From contig OZ004610.1 of assembly GCA_963924565.1 (NCBI GenBank), forward strand, positions 6,820,001-6,884,000: a stretch of 64,000 nucleotides of DNA, in the 5' to 3' direction. The notes under the pieces were generated by a model. The model was not told the DNA's origin, did not search any database, and worked only from the letters and a program-made list of their open reading frames with translations. This document shows, piece after piece, positions 61,801-64,000 of the stretch; position 1 is the first letter of the stretch; each line of letters begins with the position of its first letter. This DNA is from Ascidiella aspersa. Lineage: Eukaryota. The position numbers were made by a program, and so were the translations under genes.

Positions 61801-62169
61801 ATCTTCATTTTTTAACAAGCTCTTGATTCGAGTAATCGTACAAAATGTGCCTATATACGGGCGTCAACTAAGCAACGATATCATAAATAACATTGTATAA
61901 ATTTTGATAAATATTTCTTGCTTTATTATAATGAAGTCAAATAAGGTGAACACAAAATTTAAAATCCAGTCCGCAAACTTGAATCCTTGAAGTTAGCCGG
62001 CCTAGTGTGTTCCGGCTTTCATGAAAAAATTTTGGTGCTTGACTTTCTCGGATTGATTTTTTATGTGTCCCGTTGATCGTTGGTAAAGATTTTATCTACG
62101 ATCGCCTTGACCCAGACCATGCCCTATATTTTGTCCGGCATACTAACCCCGAATTTTCATTTCGTACAG

Positions 62170-62285
62170 CGGGTCCCGGTAAAGCGGCTGGGCTTTCTGC
62201 GACCGGAAACAGCGCCGTGTACAGGGCCAACCTCTGGAACAACATGGAGGCTCTGGTCGACCAAATCGCCGGCGTATGCCTTCAG
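62170..62285 (+). CDS. COG5: COG5 exon 8 (AGPGKAAGLSATGNSAVYRANLWNNMEALVDQIAGVCLQ); gene continues beyond the window
   Basis: Matches GPGR...GN.AA.RA..W.NME.L.D.I..VC.Q; 116 nt; donor CAG|GTAAGT. Confidence 0.94.
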
Positions 62286-62822
62286 GTAAGTCGCGCCCTT
62301 CTGTTTGCTTTTGAGATTTGAAAATCGAAAATCGAGTCGGTCGACCTTTTTTTCCCCTTTTTTTTGCCTCTGGCATTAGACATATTGTAAAGCTTGGAAA
62401 ACGTCGAAGGATCAGGTTTTCCTGATGATTTTTTTTTTAATTTTTTCGGACTTTTTTATTTTTGTTTGAATTGTAACGAAAACCCTTGTATATTGTGTTT
62501 CAAAGTATCTTCAATTTTTTAACACACTCTCGATTCGAGTAATCGTACAAAATGTGCCTAAATACGGGCGTCTAAGATTTGAAAATCCGTTTTCGAAATC
62601 TTCGCTACAGCAACGCATTCGACAGATGTTGTAAATGACAACTGACAATCACAGTTTAAGTTTTTTGTTTTCTTTTCGACGCTGTAGGATTTTTTACTGA
62701 CATGGAAGCAACATTTCTTGTTCGCCTTTCGTAAATTCTTTGACATGAATATTTTCGATTCACCTGAATATTTTATTTCACCAAAAGCAGTTGTGGGACT
62801 TGTCCGAGAATAAAGTCCTAAT

Positions 62823-63201
62823 TAGGGAATGTCAGATACTCCACATTTTATTTCGATACAAAAGTATCGGGACACGACCCGATACCGAACCACGTCATAA
62901 CTATGCTGAAACGAGTAAAACAGATAAAGTAAAATTCAAAGTTTTTTTTTTATGTTGTTAGTGCAAAGTTTGCTTTGGCGTTGAGAAGTTATGTTGGCTG
63001 CAGGTTTAACCTTCTATTTTTTTTGTTAATTTTTTACCTTTTAAGGTAGAAATCTCTGTTTTGCATCGCAAATCAGGGCTGGAATTCCTGAATTAATTTA
63101 ATATCGGTTCGGCACCGGTACTACAGAAGTATCGGACAAGTACCGACACCATCACCTGGCATCGGGAATCGTCTTTGATCTGATATTATAGGACATTCCT
63201 A
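62823..63201. mobile_element. hAT-like MITE
   Basis: TAGGGAATGTC / GACATTCCTA termini; degenerate TSD GTCCTAAT/ACCCTAAT; related fragment at about 49225-49325. Confidence 0.6.
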
Positions 63202-64000
63202 ACCCTAATGTCGTTACTGCGCAAAGCTACTTTAACAAAAAAATAAACTTTCCAATTGAAACTACGCTACTTGGTGTAATTACCACAGCACGTAGTCGTT
63301 GAAAAATAAAAGCCAAAGCCAAAGTAAACTACGTCTAAACCCTCAAACTATTATGCTTGAGCTTCGAAGAAGTTCCTCTTTAAACTCAGACGCAAAATTG
63401 CCCGAACAATGACATTTTTCATTGTATTCTCTTCGGAACATCGTTTGTCGTGGAAATTTGACCACGAACAAAACAGAAATGACTTCTTGGCTAGTCTCCC
63501 CGCGATAAGAATCGAAAATCGCCAAAGAAATGGCGCATTTCAATCCAGCGAAATTTGCAACGTGACTGGCAAAAATTTTTCGAGGCGATTTGCCAGCGGG
63601 AATTTGTGTAGTGACGTACGGTTGACGTTTAATTTGGCTCGTTATGTAGGTCGAACATGATCGACAAGATCTGTCGTTACTGTCCTGGGTTAAGTCATTT
63701 GAAAACCGTTTTGTCCGGTGTCAGAAAATTTTTACGCTCGTTACCGCCGCCATGTTTTAAGTTGTTCTTCTACGAACTCTACGCTTTACACACAGATTAC
63801 AGGTCGCCCGCAATTTGCCAAAAATATTGATGATCCAGGGATTACCAAACTATAGCCCGTTAGTCTAATTCTTTCGGCACGCGGCATATTCCCACAAATG
63901 ATACCGAACTACGATTATTAATACTTTATTAACCGAAATCTGTGTCAGGTAGTACACTGTAAACCAAAGTGAAATACACTTTTTTAACTAAACAACAATA

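Overview
Eukaryotic (metazoan) genomic DNA with AT-rich introns and GT-AG splicing. An invertebrate chordate such as an ascidian is my inference, based on chordate-like COG5 and GPR22 and a dense hAT-MITE landscape. Three genes can be reconstructed by hand with phase-compatible exons. (1) 811-16712, minus strand: an unrecognised giant protein of at least 3176 aa in 8 exons, two of them 4.8 kb and 2.8 kb. It is mostly low-complexity, probably continues past the left edge, and carries YDEV/YDxP, RVxF, hydrophobic-x-I-G-[RK] and QGPGG motifs. (2) 18263 to beyond 62285, plus strand and head-to-head with gene 1: the first 8 coding exons of COG5. (3) 25229-37911, minus strand: a 4-exon GPR22-like class A orphan GPCR nested antisense in the 30.7-kb COG5 intron. 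As I recall, this is the intron that hosts GPR22 in human. The rest is intronic DNA with many hAT MITEs carrying 8-bp TSDs (one nested, one inserted into a splice acceptor), short duplications that straddle exon ends, and an excess of TGACGTCA palindromes. Most short ORFs in the supplied track are shadow or spurious ORFs.
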